From the IMG/VR virus record IMGVR_UViG_2974597873_000001, positions 1 through 64,000 of that record: a stretch of DNA of 64,000 nt; one strand, written 5' to 3'. This DNA is from a virus (taxonomy: Duplodnaviria; Caudoviricetes). This document shows positions 46,023-56,063 of the stretch, piece by piece. The position numbers and the translations under genes were made by a program. The stretch's first letter is position 1, and every line of letters begins with the position of its first letter. The notes under the pieces are model-generated. The model was given only the letters and a program-made list of their open reading frames with translations. It did not search any database and was not told the origin of the DNA.

Positions 46023-46284
46023 CTACCCATTCCTCCCTGGTTACTGGACGCTTAACTACCTTGGTCAGTGTCGTCGTGTCGTCACCGTAGCCATCGTTAA
46101 AGGAGTTGTAGTCCTGACTTTCCGTCGCACCATCCTCCCAGTAGATAGCCCAGTGTTCATCCTTGTAAATGACAATGGACTTGTAGCAGATACCCCAACG
46201 GGTACGCTCTTCCATGATGTCCTCTACGGAATCCCAGACTAGTTCTTGTGCTTCCTCCGAAGGTAGCTCGATTGTAATTGCCAT
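46015..46284 (-). CDS. hypothetical acidic protein
   Basis: RW...GATESQ motif. Confidence 0.65.
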   Translation of the reverse strand: MAITIELPSEEAQELVWDSVEDIMEERTRWGICYKSIVIYKDEHWAIYWEDGATESQDYNSFNDGYGDDTTTLTKVVKRPVTREEWVDV

Positions 46285-46296
46285 GCACCCTCATTT

Positions 46297-46349
46297 CTAG
46301 TAGTCCATAACCGAATCGCTACGAGAGCGACCCGATTAAAGCTCACTAG
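46297..46349 (-). other. UU/UG hairpin copy 16
   Basis: minus strand CTAGTGAGC-TT-13 bp stem-TG-GACTACTAG. Confidence 0.7.
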
Positions 46350-46780
46350 CAACCGTTGGAAATGTACGGAAGATCTGAAATGTTCGTACCCTCAGGCAGA
46401 ACACTGAACTTGTCGTACGTGAACTTCTCCACACGGAACCACTTGTCGTCAGCGTTCGCATCACCCTTGACATTGTCAAGCTCGATGCACCACTTCTCAC
46501 CGGAGACAAGACGCTTGTAGGATTCCGTACGAGTGCCGACCTTGACATCCTTGCATGTGTTCTTAGTGGTGGAGCCAGTCTTCGTCTTGACAGTCTCAGA
46601 CTTACACTGACGTTGCTTGACGTCAACCGTACGCGTGTCCTTCTTGTACACCGCAGCGACGTGCTTGACATCATCACGATCACCAGACACATGCTGTACG
46701 GCAGCGCCACCGCAGGCCACGAGCATAGCACCAACGGCCAGACCAAGTCCAGCCTTAACAAGCATCTCCCGCGAGTTCAT
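46346..46780 (-). CDS. lipoprotein
   Basis: lipobox LVAC. Confidence 0.7.
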   Translation of the reverse strand: MNSREMLVKAGLGLAVGAMLVACGGAAVQHVSGDRDDVKHVAAVYKKDTRTVDVKQRQCKSETVKTKTGSTTKNTCKDVKVGTRTESYKRLVSGEKWCIELDNVKGDANADDKWFRVEKFTYDKFSVLPEGTNISDLPYISNGC

Positions 46781-46792
46781 GTCTCCCCTTTG

Positions 46793-47224
46793 TTAGTCGC
46801 TGATGGGCGTGAATGCCCAGGTTACTTTCTCATCGAAGAAGCTGTCAAACACTTCCTGAGGAATGAACTCGTTGACGAACAAGTCCCACAGACCATCTTG
46901 GTCGATGCGCGGAGTCTTGTCAAGAGCAGCCTCAAAAGCCTGATCACTCATCAAGAATTCCAGCGTGCGTTCCTCATTGAGAGTACGACTTACCTTCTTC
47001 GTGTACTGCAATGTCGGGTACACCTTACCACCCGACTGTACGGGGTTGTCAAGGTCGATCACCTTAGATCCCGCAGCGTTCTCACGAGCGGAATTCAGAT
47101 AAGGCTTCAACTCCTCCTTGACATCCTCCATCTCTTTCTTTACAGCGTTGGCCTCTTCACGAAGAGCCAAGTATCTGGCTAGCTTCGTACGTACTACTAG
47201 GTCACTCAAGGTAGTCTCCCTCAT
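46793..47224 (-). CDS. hypothetical protein with N-terminal coiled coil
   Basis: 143 aa. Confidence 0.65.
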   Translation of the reverse strand: MRETTLSDLVVRTKLARYLALREEANAVKKEMEDVKEELKPYLNSARENAAGSKVIDLDNPVQSGGKVYPTLQYTKKVSRTLNEERTLEFLMSDQAFEAALDKTPRIDQDGLWDLFVNEFIPQEVFDSFFDEKVTWAFTPISD

Positions 47225-47648
47225 GAGTCAATGATGTGGGCTCATAGAGGGAAAGAATCTCCTTGGCCCATCTTACTTTATCTTCAACCCTCTGTCCACT
47301 GGGCTGAGACTTGGACCACAACTCTAGATTCTCAGGACGATTGTCATCCTTGATTCCGTTCTTGTGATGCACATTCTCTTCAGCAGTTAGAGGTCTGCCA
47401 AGTTGCTCAGACATAATCAATACATGCTCAAACATCCTGCCATTCCTCCATGAATTAGGATGGTCGTGCTGGTATGGAACCACCACGTAGCCATCCTTGT
47501 TCACGTACGGCTGGGCTTCACCATCAGCAGCATACTTCTTGCTGCCTGCGTCACCCGTTCTATACCACTGCTGGTAGTGCTTGGCACAGTAGCCCTTGGC
47601 AGAATGCGCTCTGTCGCAACTCTTGACAGAACACTTTCTTTTAGTCAT
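47202..47648 (-). CDS. HNH endonuclease (homing-type)
   Basis: CSVKSC...YCAKHY; EH..IM...VHHKNGIKDDNRPENLELW. Confidence 0.9.
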   Translation of the reverse strand: MTKRKCSVKSCDRAHSAKGYCAKHYQQWYRTGDAGSKKYAADGEAQPYVNKDGYVVVPYQHDHPNSWRNGRMFEHVLIMSEQLGRPLTAEENVHHKNGIKDDNRPENLELWSKSQPSGQRVEDKVRWAKEILSLYEPTSLTHEGDYLE

Positions 47649-47655
47649 AGGACTA

Positions 47656-49239
47656 TTATACCTTGTTTTCCAGATAGTCTTCTAGGAACTTGGTCAAACT
47701 TCGGGCGGTATTCTCTACCTTACCATACCGGTCTGACCCTCGCCCAGCCAGCACAGCACTGCCCACACGATTCTTGAAGTCCAGCTTGGCGCCTTGGTAT
47801 TCCTCGATACTACCAGCCACGATCAGATTGTCAATGTACACCTTGCGGAACACTGACGAAGCCCTGACATGCCTGCCATTCCGTTGTTTGAGAGCACCAG
47901 AAGACAGAGGTCTGTCGTAGTTGATCAGGTGAGAAGCCATATAAAGATCCACACCATAGCCTCCGGCATCTGATGATAGAAAGAGACGAGTCTCTGGATC
48001 TTTTCCGAACTGCTCAATTGCATCAGCGCGTTCTTTACCATTCATTCCTCCATGGAATTGCACTGAACCATATTGATTTAGCTTCTCTGCCAGCAAAGGA
48101 ATGATTCCCTTGAATCTGACAAAGACAATTACCTTATGGAGCGGGTCCTCTTCCAGGTACTCCGTCACTACATCCAAGCAAGCCTCTAGCTTAGCCCCGT
48201 AGGAGCCCTCAGGCAGCAATCTCCCGGCCTCTAGAAGCTGGTAGGCGTACTTGGACCCATGCTTCACTTCAGGGTCGGCATAAGCCTCTCCAGAGGATCG
48301 GAGAAGCGATGGATCGTCAAGGAGTAGGTGAAGCGCGAGGAGACGAGACGTGATACGTCCAGTACTGGAATCCACGTCGGCCCCATCACCGCCCTCATAG
48401 TATCGAGCGAGGTCCAAGGAGACCGATGGTCCCGCCATACGAAGTTCGGCCAAGAGGTCTGCTGCGATGTAGTCATACAACTCCTTAGTCTCATCGTCCA
48501 TGTCAATAAGGACGTCGAATTCTTCTGCGGTCGGCATGAATTCAGCAACCCCAGGATCATCCCTGCGCTTATTCACACAAGCTGTCATAAGCCTTGCGTG
48601 CAATTCAGGAACGTTCTTGTATTTGGTAACCAAATTCGTATAAGCATTTCGTTCTATGTAACGCGCGTCAAAGGAATGCCAAGGCCCGAATACATCCGAG
48701 TCAATCCATTCCATGATGGAGAATACTTCCTCCGCCTTCCCATTTTCAATAGGCTCTGCCGTCAAGCCGATCCGGTACAGTGTACGCACATCGTTCTTGA
48801 TCGTCTTCGTCTGCTGTGGTCGGAAGTTCTTGATGCATGTCACCTCGTCCACCAAGGCTAGCTCAGGCTTGAGTGCCTTGACAAACCACGTATCCGAAAC
48901 GACTTGTCGGATACCCATGATGACGTAGGCTGGTCTGTTCTCCAGCGCTGCCTCATAGGCTACCTTACGCTTGGCTGGTGTCAAGGACCCGTCGATCACC
49001 ACCACATGTTCCTGGTCTGTGAAGTCCTTGATTCGATTTGCCCACTGGACTGTAAGCGAACTGCTCATGATGAGCAAGGCGCACGATACGTTGCCAATGT
49101 CCCTCAGATGCTCAATGGCATGGAGGGATACTACAGTCTTTCCGGTCCCCAGATCCAAAGCCAAAAGCGCCCGCCCCCGATTAGTAATCAGGTCGGACGC
49201 TTCGAGCTGGTAGGGCCGAAGCTCTCCCAAAAATGTCAT
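47656..49239 (-). CDS. SNF2-like superfamily 2 helicase
   Basis: LRPYQ, LGTGKT, DEV, LTA.P.EN, AGGYGVDL, QRNGR..R. Confidence 0.9.
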   Translation of the reverse strand: MTFLGELRPYQLEASDLITNRGRALLALDLGTGKTVVSLHAIEHLRDIGNVSCALLIMSSSLTVQWANRIKDFTDQEHVVVIDGSLTPAKRKVAYEAALENRPAYVIMGIRQVVSDTWFVKALKPELALVDEVTCIKNFRPQQTKTIKNDVRTLYRIGLTAEPIENGKAEEVFSIMEWIDSDVFGPWHSFDARYIERNAYTNLVTKYKNVPELHARLMTACVNKRRDDPGVAEFMPTAEEFDVLIDMDDETKELYDYIAADLLAELRMAGPSVSLDLARYYEGGDGADVDSSTGRITSRLLALHLLLDDPSLLRSSGEAYADPEVKHGSKYAYQLLEAGRLLPEGSYGAKLEACLDVVTEYLEEDPLHKVIVFVRFKGIIPLLAEKLNQYGSVQFHGGMNGKERADAIEQFGKDPETRLFLSSDAGGYGVDLYMASHLINYDRPLSSGALKQRNGRHVRASSVFRKVYIDNLIVAGSIEEYQGAKLDFKNRVGSAVLAGRGSDRYGKVENTARSLTKFLEDYLENKV

Positions 49240-50219
49240 AGTCGTGTCAGTACCATCGGAGTTGCCGTTAGGATTGACTGACGGATTTGTACGTCAGTAA
49301 CGTTCGGCTCACCAATGTCCTTCCCTTCGATTCCGTCGTAGTTAATAAACTTGATGGTCTTACCAGAGCGGAGATACTTCTCCTTGATTTCTCGTGCGGC
49401 CAAACGTCCGGGCTCATCGTTATCCATCGCAATGATGATAACTTCTGCCACATCAAATAGCAAATCCATTTGAGCTTCGGAAACCTTGGCGCCGAATGAG
49501 GAGACACCTCCGTAAATCCCTGCGCTGTAAAGCCTTAGACAATCGAGAGGAGACTCCAGGAGAATTGCTGTACGACCTATGAAACAGTCAATACCGAAGA
49601 GGGTTTCGCTTTTGTGCACCCGCGCAGGGCGGTTAGCGAAGTGACCCTCTTCACTCTTCTCCTGGTATCCCCACAGTTCGAAAGTCTCAGGGTCCCGGAT
49701 AGGGAGAATCCACTGCTCATTCTCCTCATCCCACAGGACACCGTAGTGACTTAGACTTCCCGCAGAAATTCGTCGTCGTTCTCGGGCATGATGGGGTGCG
49801 TCCCCGTAAAGAGCCAACCGGGATTCGTTCCACTCACGACGTGGGACTGGCTGTTCACCGTGAGAGGCAGACTGAAGATATCGACGTACCCGCTCGACTC
49901 CACCACGATCACGGACCCACTCTTCTGCATCAGACCGTTCATAACCAAGTACCTCCTGGACTAGAGAAACGAATGAACCACTGAAACCACACGAGAAACA
50001 GCTATGCTGACCCGTGTCCACGTTGATAGACCATTTGTTGGGCTTGTTATTCTCCCTGCCCAACCTTTCGTAGTGGCCTGGACACAAAGCCCAAGCCTCT
50101 CCGAATCCCAATCGTACTACTCGAATTCCCAACTCGTCAAGAGACCCGAGTACATCACCCGGAATGGGAATACCAGTAGATCCCCAACCGCTCTTAGAAG
50201 TTCGTCCCGTACTCCTCAT
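49236..50219 (-). CDS. dnaG: DNA primase (Zn finger plus TOPRIM)
   Basis: CPGH...CFSC; ES.LD; DNDEPG. Confidence 0.85.
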   Translation of the reverse strand: MRSTGRTSKSGWGSTGIPIPGDVLGSLDELGIRVVRLGFGEAWALCPGHYERLGRENNKPNKWSINVDTGQHSCFSCGFSGSFVSLVQEVLGYERSDAEEWVRDRGGVERVRRYLQSASHGEQPVPRREWNESRLALYGDAPHHARERRRISAGSLSHYGVLWDEENEQWILPIRDPETFELWGYQEKSEEGHFANRPARVHKSETLFGIDCFIGRTAILLESPLDCLRLYSAGIYGGVSSFGAKVSEAQMDLLFDVAEVIIIAMDNDEPGRLAAREIKEKYLRSGKTIKFINYDGIEGKDIGEPNVTDVQIRQSILTATPMVLTRL

Positions 50220-51459
50220 TCATTAGCTCCCTATCAAGGTCGTTGTCAAGATCCACGCCCTCGATCTCCTCAAAAGTACCGGTATCGAAATCCATCATAA
50301 CCAGTGTCTCCGTAGGAGTTCCACGGCGAGTCATGATGATCTTAAGCTTACGGATGTTCTTGTCTTCCGTTCGCTCGACACCGATAACCACGTTGGAGTA
50401 CTGCGCGAACGCGCGGGAACCCATGATGGAGTCGTTGTTAAGCGTCTCGCCCTTGGTACGAGCAGGAGTGGACTGCGTGACGTCGATGATGCAAATCTTA
50501 CGGTTCATTGCCATGAACTTCAAGCCCGCAACGATGTTGGCAAGAGCCTGAGGAGATCCCTTATCGAATCCCTCTTCGTCCTCCATCATGTACACACCAT
50601 CTACGATGACGATGTCCGGCTTGAGCATATCGATCTTAGCACCGATAGCCGTAACGGTCATGCAGTCCTCAGAGAAGGTGAGAGCCGGAAGGTTCTCCGT
50701 GATATGCACAGCCTTCTCAAGTCGTGCCCACTCCTCCGAGTTGATGTTACCGCTAAGAAGTTTCATGTCGTTGATGCCCGCACGATAAGCGTCAAGACGC
50801 TGCTCGCACTCTTCCGACGTCATCTCAAAGGTGAGATAGAGTACTTTCTTGCCGTACTCCTGTGCGTGCTTGGCGAACAGCATAGCAAACACAGACTTGG
50901 AAGCCTTGGTAAGACCGGTAAGCGTGATGAGCTGACCAGGCTGGAAGCCCTGAGTGGCACAGTCGATAGTGTGGAACCCCGAAGGGATGCCCACCATCAT
51001 ACCGGGGTTGTTCTTCCTGTCAAGGTATCGAGCCAGACGCTCATCACCGTTCTGCGTAATATCCACATCACGGCTCTGCGGTACGTCGTTGTGGATCTTA
51101 CCCACCAGGGAACCCGTAAGGTTCACCGCTGCGTTGATGTCACCATTGTCGAGTGCCTGAACGATGTTGTCAAGACTACCGTTGAACAGAGAATTCAGGT
51201 GCTTATCACGCATACGCTGAATAAGATCTGACCACGGCTCTTCAACCTCAATGAGCTTGACGTCGGGACAGTCATTGATCATCACACGCGTGGAGGGGAC
51301 CTCTCCGTGATCCCTGTAATAACTCTGGATGAACGAGTAAGCCTCGCGCATCGCAGAGTTGGTAAAGAACTTCGCCTGAATGTCACCGGCTTCGGTAAGC
51401 GAGCCCTCCTGAATAATCTTGGAGATCAGGAGCTTTTCAGGGTCAAGAGTGTAAGCCAT
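50194..51459 (-). CDS. dnaB: DnaB-like replicative helicase
   Basis: GIPSGF..ID..T.G..PGQL, Walker A variant GLTKASKS, FEM, VDGVY. Confidence 0.85.
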   Translation of the reverse strand: MAYTLDPEKLLISKIIQEGSLTEAGDIQAKFFTNSAMREAYSFIQSYYRDHGEVPSTRVMINDCPDVKLIEVEEPWSDLIQRMRDKHLNSLFNGSLDNIVQALDNGDINAAVNLTGSLVGKIHNDVPQSRDVDITQNGDERLARYLDRKNNPGMMVGIPSGFHTIDCATQGFQPGQLITLTGLTKASKSVFAMLFAKHAQEYGKKVLYLTFEMTSEECEQRLDAYRAGINDMKLLSGNINSEEWARLEKAVHITENLPALTFSEDCMTVTAIGAKIDMLKPDIVIVDGVYMMEDEEGFDKGSPQALANIVAGLKFMAMNRKICIIDVTQSTPARTKGETLNNDSIMGSRAFAQYSNVVIGVERTEDKNIRKLKIIMTRRGTPTETLVMMDFDTGTFEEIEGVDLDNDLDRELMNEEYGTNF

Positions 51460-51474
51460 GCCCCTCCCTTTCGT

Positions 51475-51927
51475 TTAAGTAATGAGGCCCATCAGATTAA
51501 GATCCTCACTTGTGGTGTGACGACCCTTGCTTCCCCAACGTAGCATACGTTCAGGAGCCGGATCAAGTACCGCCAGGATGGACCTGTCGTACGTCAGCTC
51601 GTACAGCAACTCTTGTTCGTCGTAACTTACCACATCTCCGAACAACAGGTTCCGCTGATCCAGTCGGTCACGAACCGCGTCGGCAAAGTCTGCACCCTGG
51701 AAGGTCAAGATGTCAATCCTGAAATTGTAACGCCAATAAAGGTCACGCATTCCCTGACTAGTAGGGAGATTCAACGTGTATTGATTTACAGCCTTATCCC
51801 ATTGCTTTCTTTTACGGTACAACGCCTCAAGGGCCTTGCTCTTGGTATCCGGAAGGACACCCACAAGGCCCTCGAAGACTATGTAGACGCGCGGGAGGAC
51901 TGCACTGGACAGTTCACCCTTCATCAT
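51475..51927 (-). CDS. hypothetical protein, possible degenerate HAD fold
   Basis: YIVFEGLVG. Confidence 0.55.
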   Translation of the reverse strand: MMKGELSSAVLPRVYIVFEGLVGVLPDTKSKALEALYRKRKQWDKAVNQYTLNLPTSQGMRDLYWRYNFRIDILTFQGADFADAVRDRLDQRNLLFGDVVSYDEQELLYELTYDRSILAVLDPAPERMLRWGSKGRHTTSEDLNLMGLIT

Positions 51928-52132
51928 GTGGCGACACCCCTGAGGGGGTTCTGGAGAGGTAGTCAGCGAAGCGTGCTACCTCCTTCTCGATGACGTCAGG
52001 ATCGTACATGCAGATCTCCCGCTCGTTACCATCCTCGTCAAAGAAATTCTTGGTCTCCTCAAAGACCTCGTCCACAGCCGCGAACAGCTTCTCGTTATTA
52101 CGGTCAGGGTCCGGGCAAGGTGCAGTACTCAT
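51914..52132 (-). CDS. hypothetical protein
   Basis: AAGGAG RBS. Confidence 0.6.
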   Translation of the reverse strand: MSTAPCPDPDRNNEKLFAAVDEVFEETKNFFDEDGNEREICMYDPDVIEKEVARFADYLSRTPSGVSPHDEG

Positions 52133-52140
52133 ATCTCTCC

Positions 52141-52719
52141 TTAGTCAAGTTCTACGTAGTCACAGGAAATACACGCCATACCAGAGTGCCCCATGCCATC
52201 ATCAGCCCATGAAAGCTGGTGAACATGCGGACCCCAACCAGACTCTATCTTCTTAAGAGCCTTCTTTTGCATAGCCTTGTTCGCATTGCAACATCCGTCA
52301 CATCCGTGAACCCAGATGGAATTGTTCCCGAGTTGCCTGGAGATAAAGGAAGCCGAGTCAGGATCAGGATGACCAACACCATGCTTACAGATACGCTCGA
52401 TAAGCCAGAACTTATCCTCGCGCATGAGTTGCTTGGCCTCACTCAGAGGATGGAAAGATGGATTGTGGATAGCACAACCGTCAATCTCACAATCAAGTCC
52501 TCGCTTGTGCACACGGTAGGTACGACCAGTACAATCGGTCCACTCGTCGTGAGTCTTGGACTCTTCCTCAATGCGCTTGATTTCCTCAAGCTTATAGTCC
52601 TGATACTGCTGCATCAAGTCAATAGTGGCTTCCTCGAATTCCCGATAAAATTCGGGGTCCTGAAGGTCCACCAGCAGATCATCCCAGAAAGCGGAGTGCT
52701 GATCATAAATACCCGTCAT
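52141..52719 (-). CDS. Cys/His-rich hypothetical protein
   Basis: CAIHNPS.H...ERIC.HGVGHPDPD...HGCDGCC. Confidence 0.7.
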   Translation of the reverse strand: MTGIYDQHSAFWDDLLVDLQDPEFYREFEEATIDLMQQYQDYKLEEIKRIEEESKTHDEWTDCTGRTYRVHKRGLDCEIDGCAIHNPSFHPLSEAKQLMREDKFWLIERICKHGVGHPDPDSASFISRQLGNNSIWVHGCDGCCNANKAMQKKALKKIESGWGPHVHQLSWADDGMGHSGMACISCDYVELD

Positions 52720-53208
52720 TGGGCTTCACTTCCTTTACAGTTCTATTCGTGAATTTGTCCACCCATTTGGGTTCAATGCCTTTGACAACTACGGGACAGA
52801 TCCCAATTCGGTGACCCATCCCGTAGTTGTTGTAACAGTAAAGGCATCGCAGTTCTACGGGCCTCTGTGACATGTCACTCGCCCATGTCAAACAGATTGA
52901 GACCCACCGTGTAAGGCTTGTTGGTACCAGCCTCAACCCACCTACGGTCCTTGGGTGCCTTCAGACGCATAGAACAGTCCATCTTGTGACCCTGTCCCAC
53001 CAGCCTGCGGCACTCCCGACAAGCAATCTTAACTACCTTGTCCTTGGCCATATCTCCTACCTCAGTCGGTACGATTCTCCCATGGTCTTCTTCAGATCCT
53101 CAAGTTCCCTCACGGCAACCTTAGGATCTGAAGATGCCCAGCGGTGGTTCACCCACTTGTGATTCTTGGCGTCCCACCGCTGGATCATCTTTCGTGCCAC
53201 TCTACCCC

Positions 53209-54111
53209 CTAGAAGTCGCCGGGTGCAACCTGAAGAACGTTGACACCCAGCTTACGGATACGACGGACCACACGGTCCCGGTCGTCCAGCCACACGTGAA
53301 CACGGTACTGGTTACGGACGTGCATGTCAAACAGATCCTGCTTGACATCAGCGTCGTTACGTCCGTCGTTCCCGGCACGCATGTACAGATCCGTGTAGAA
53401 GATCCCAGCGTTCTCAAGCCACTGCTCCGTGGCCTCTCGGCACGTGTCCGGACGACCCGACAGAACGATAACCTCGTAGCCATCCTCCCAGTACAGATCA
53501 ACCAGCTTACGGATGTGCTCGTGCACCGCGTCCGTGTGAACTCGGCTGTAGTCGTAGGGACTACGCGCAACGTGCTCAGCCAGCGTACCGTCGATGTCCA
53601 CCACAATGGCTCTAGCAGTACCCGGACGGGGCTCGTAAGGAGCCGACAGAACGATGTCGTTCATGTACTCGTCCGTCAGGCGCCAGGGCTTCTGAAGCTG
53701 CCGTGCCATGTTCTTGATGACGTCTGCGCCAACCGGGTTGGTGCGCTTGCTGTCACGCGTGATGCACTCCGACACGGAGACATCCGTGAAGTCCATCACC
53801 TTGAAACGAACGTCCCCGTCGAACAGCTTCTTGTAACGGTTCGGCATGTTCTTGTTCAGGTGGGTGTTGTCGATCACAACGTCGTGACCCGACTTGACTG
53901 CACGAACGATCAGCTCGTCCTGGAAGCGCTTAGCGGTCTCCTCCAGATCCTTGCGGAAACCCAGCAGGGTACCGTGTCCGAAGCCCATCATGGCTCGGAT
54001 GTCGTCCAGGTTCACGCGAACCAGATCCCCGTTACTGGCGTCCACAAGGGACTTAGCCCAGGTGCTCTTCCCCGATGCGGGGAGCCCCGTGGTTACGTAG
54101 ATCGTCTGCAT
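53209..54111 (-). CDS. pseT: polynucleotide 5'-kinase / 3'-phosphatase (T4 PseT-like)
   Basis: GLPASGKST, N.DDIR, D.T; HAD DIDGTLA, SGR, DDR. Confidence 0.92.
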   Translation of the reverse strand: MQTIYVTTGLPASGKSTWAKSLVDASNGDLVRVNLDDIRAMMGFGHGTLLGFRKDLEETAKRFQDELIVRAVKSGHDVVIDNTHLNKNMPNRYKKLFDGDVRFKVMDFTDVSVSECITRDSKRTNPVGADVIKNMARQLQKPWRLTDEYMNDIVLSAPYEPRPGTARAIVVDIDGTLAEHVARSPYDYSRVHTDAVHEHIRKLVDLYWEDGYEVIVLSGRPDTCREATEQWLENAGIFYTDLYMRAGNDGRNDADVKQDLFDMHVRNQYRVHVWLDDRDRVVRRIRKLGVNVLQVAPGDF

Positions 54112-54255
54112 TGTTTCCTCCCTCAAAGATTGGGACCAGTCGATCCCACTGTTTTTGTTGCTCGAATGTGAGCGTACCGTACTGACGCTGAATCTTCAAC
54201 AGGTACTTGTACTGCCTGCGCCACTGTCTGAGTATGTCGCTTCCCAGATACGGCA

Positions 54256-54939
54256 TCAGTACTTCAACTTTCGCATGTTGCACAGCATGTTGTCAACAGC
54301 ATCGGTAAGAGGCTCATGACGAACATGCGGCTTCCGCGTGTTGAACAGCTCCTCGTACTCTGCCATAACCTTGGCCGCCAAGTCAAGGTTACCCTCACCC
54401 ACGGCCTGTCCAAAACCTCGCACCTGGAACACTTCGTCCTGCGTCAACCGTACATCAAGCTCACCAGTCCTGTACAGACCGAATCCCTGAATAAGGAGAC
54501 GGTACAGGTGACGTGCGTGCTTCTCAGTACGGTGCTTCATGTCGGAGCCGAAGTCTCCCCGCCTCTGAAGGAGCTTGAATTGCTGCTCAGCGTATCCCAG
54601 GTACGCTGCCTTGACCAGCTTGGCAGAGGCAAACCAGTGACGGGATTCAATCAGCCACTTACCTGGAGGCGTGACCACATCATACTCAGGCAGCCACAGG
54701 AACTCAAGGATGGACGGATTGGACTTCAATGCGAGTCGGCAGAACTTCGCCACCTCATGATAGGTGACATCCTCTTCCTCGCCAGTCTTGTGCACCGTGA
54801 GATCCCGCTCCTGAACGAGCCGAAGCCCCAGGAAATACTCCTGAGGCTCCATGTACACGCCCATGTAGTCAATGTCAGACTCAGGCGTGGCCAACCCGTA
54901 AGCGGTAGATCCCACGACTCCTCTAAGAATCGTGTTCAC
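54256..54939 (-). CDS. RlaP/YcgL-like Pol-beta nucleotidyltransferase
   Basis: GSTAYGLATPESDIDYMGVY, NPSILE.L, K.A.H..RL. Confidence 0.85.
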   Translation of the reverse strand: MNTILRGVVGSTAYGLATPESDIDYMGVYMEPQEYFLGLRLVQERDLTVHKTGEEEDVTYHEVAKFCRLALKSNPSILEFLWLPEYDVVTPPGKWLIESRHWFASAKLVKAAYLGYAEQQFKLLQRRGDFGSDMKHRTEKHARHLYRLLIQGFGLYRTGELDVRLTQDEVFQVRGFGQAVGEGNLDLAAKVMAEYEELFNTRKPHVRHEPLTDAVDNMLCNMRKLKY

Positions 54940-54943
54940 TTGC

Positions 54944-55147
54944 TTATCCCTTCCGCATCTTTTCGATAGCTTCGATAATGTCGTCTCCGATATACGGAGT
55001 AAACAGCGTGGAAAAAGGATTGGGATCAGGGAATTCATCCCGGATCAACGCAATCACATCGTCCATGGCCTCGTAATATCCGGACGTGTGTCCAGCATTG
55101 AAACCCTCGTTGAAGCCCGCCTGGGCTCCATCGTGGTAGTCTCCCAC
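54944..55147 (-). CDS. hypothetical protein
   Basis: GxxxG repeats. Confidence 0.55.
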   Translation of the reverse strand: MGDYHDGAQAGFNEGFNAGHTSGYYEAMDDVIALIRDEFPDPNPFSTLFTPYIGDDIIEAIEKMRKG

Positions 55148-55160
55148 TTTTTGTTTCCTC

Positions 55161-55379
55161 TCAGTACTCTACGCCATGAGCACGAATCAGTGCCCAGAAA
55201 TCGCTGGAAAGAGACTCGAACTCGTCAAAGTACTCTACGATCTCCTCCCACTTCTCCGCAACATCCTCAGGGATGTCATAGTCATCCGTCGAAAGACCGT
55301 ACTCCAGGGCGCCAACAAGGCCCCCCTCCCAGTCGATCTTACCGACGAAATCCTCAAGGTTGTACTTACCAGTAGTCAT
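55161..55379 (-). CDS. hypothetical acidic protein
   Basis: KIDWEGG...ALEYGL. Confidence 0.65.
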   Translation of the reverse strand: MTTGKYNLEDFVGKIDWEGGLVGALEYGLSTDDYDIPEDVAEKWEEIVEYFDEFESLSSDFWALIRAHGVEY

Positions 55380-55388
55380 GTGTATTCC

Positions 55389-56063
55389 TTAGTCTTCGTA
55401 ACTCTTACGGCTGTCAGGACCGATCATCATGATCGGCTCAAAGGCTTCCTTCCGGAAGCTGTCAAAGCTCTGTCCATACGTGCCAAGCATATCCTCTGGC
55501 TCAATGTTAGTCGTAACCACAGTGGGAAGACCAGCTTCCACACGCTTACGAATAAGCTCGTGAAGAAGACTCTCAGTGAAGCCGGAAGTCGTACGGTGCT
55601 CCTGACCAATATCATCAAGCACCACAAGCGTAGACTTCTGTGCACGAAGAACAACTTCTCGCGCCGCAAGCTTACGCTCCGAGTCCTCCTTTTCAAAGGT
55701 AGTCGTCAGAGCATCCTTGAAGTCTGAGAAACGCGTCATATAGACGCGGTGGTTCAGCGAGAGCCACTGTACCTCAGTAGCAATGGCCGCTGCAAGCGTG
55801 GTCTTACGTGTACCGTTCTTACCCCACAGCATGAGACCACGACCGATGTTCCTACGGTCTTCAGGGTAGTCACCCTTGGAGCGTCGCTCAGGACTGACGT
55901 AGTAGTCACCGAAGTTCTCGATGAACTTACGTGCTTCCTTCAGTGCGATGCGTCCAGAATGGTGGCTGGGCTCGTACTTGTCAAGCCCCTGCCCACGGAA
56001 TCGAACGGGAATGTGGCTACGCTCCCAGCGAGACTCGTAGTCGACACCAGCAATACCAGCCAT
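55389..56063 (-). CDS. DnaC/IstB-like AAA+ ATPase (helicase loader)
   Basis: GL.L.G.NGT.KT.LA, LVVLDDIG.E, R....PT..TTN. Confidence 0.85.
   Translation of the reverse strand: MAGIAGVDYESRWERSHIPVRFRGQGLDKYEPSHHSGRIALKEARKFIENFGDYYVSPERRSKGDYPEDRRNIGRGLMLWGKNGTRKTTLAAAIATEVQWLSLNHRVYMTRFSDFKDALTTTFEKEDSERKLAAREVVLRAQKSTLVVLDDIGQEHRTTSGFTESLLHELIRKRVEAGLPTVVTTNIEPEDMLGTYGQSFDSFRKEAFEPIMMIGPDSRKSYED

Noticed and set aside
47202-47648. HNH gene as part of an intron or intein
   Set aside because: It is free-standing between intact genes. PolA, RNR, RecA and the helicases show no obvious interruptions.
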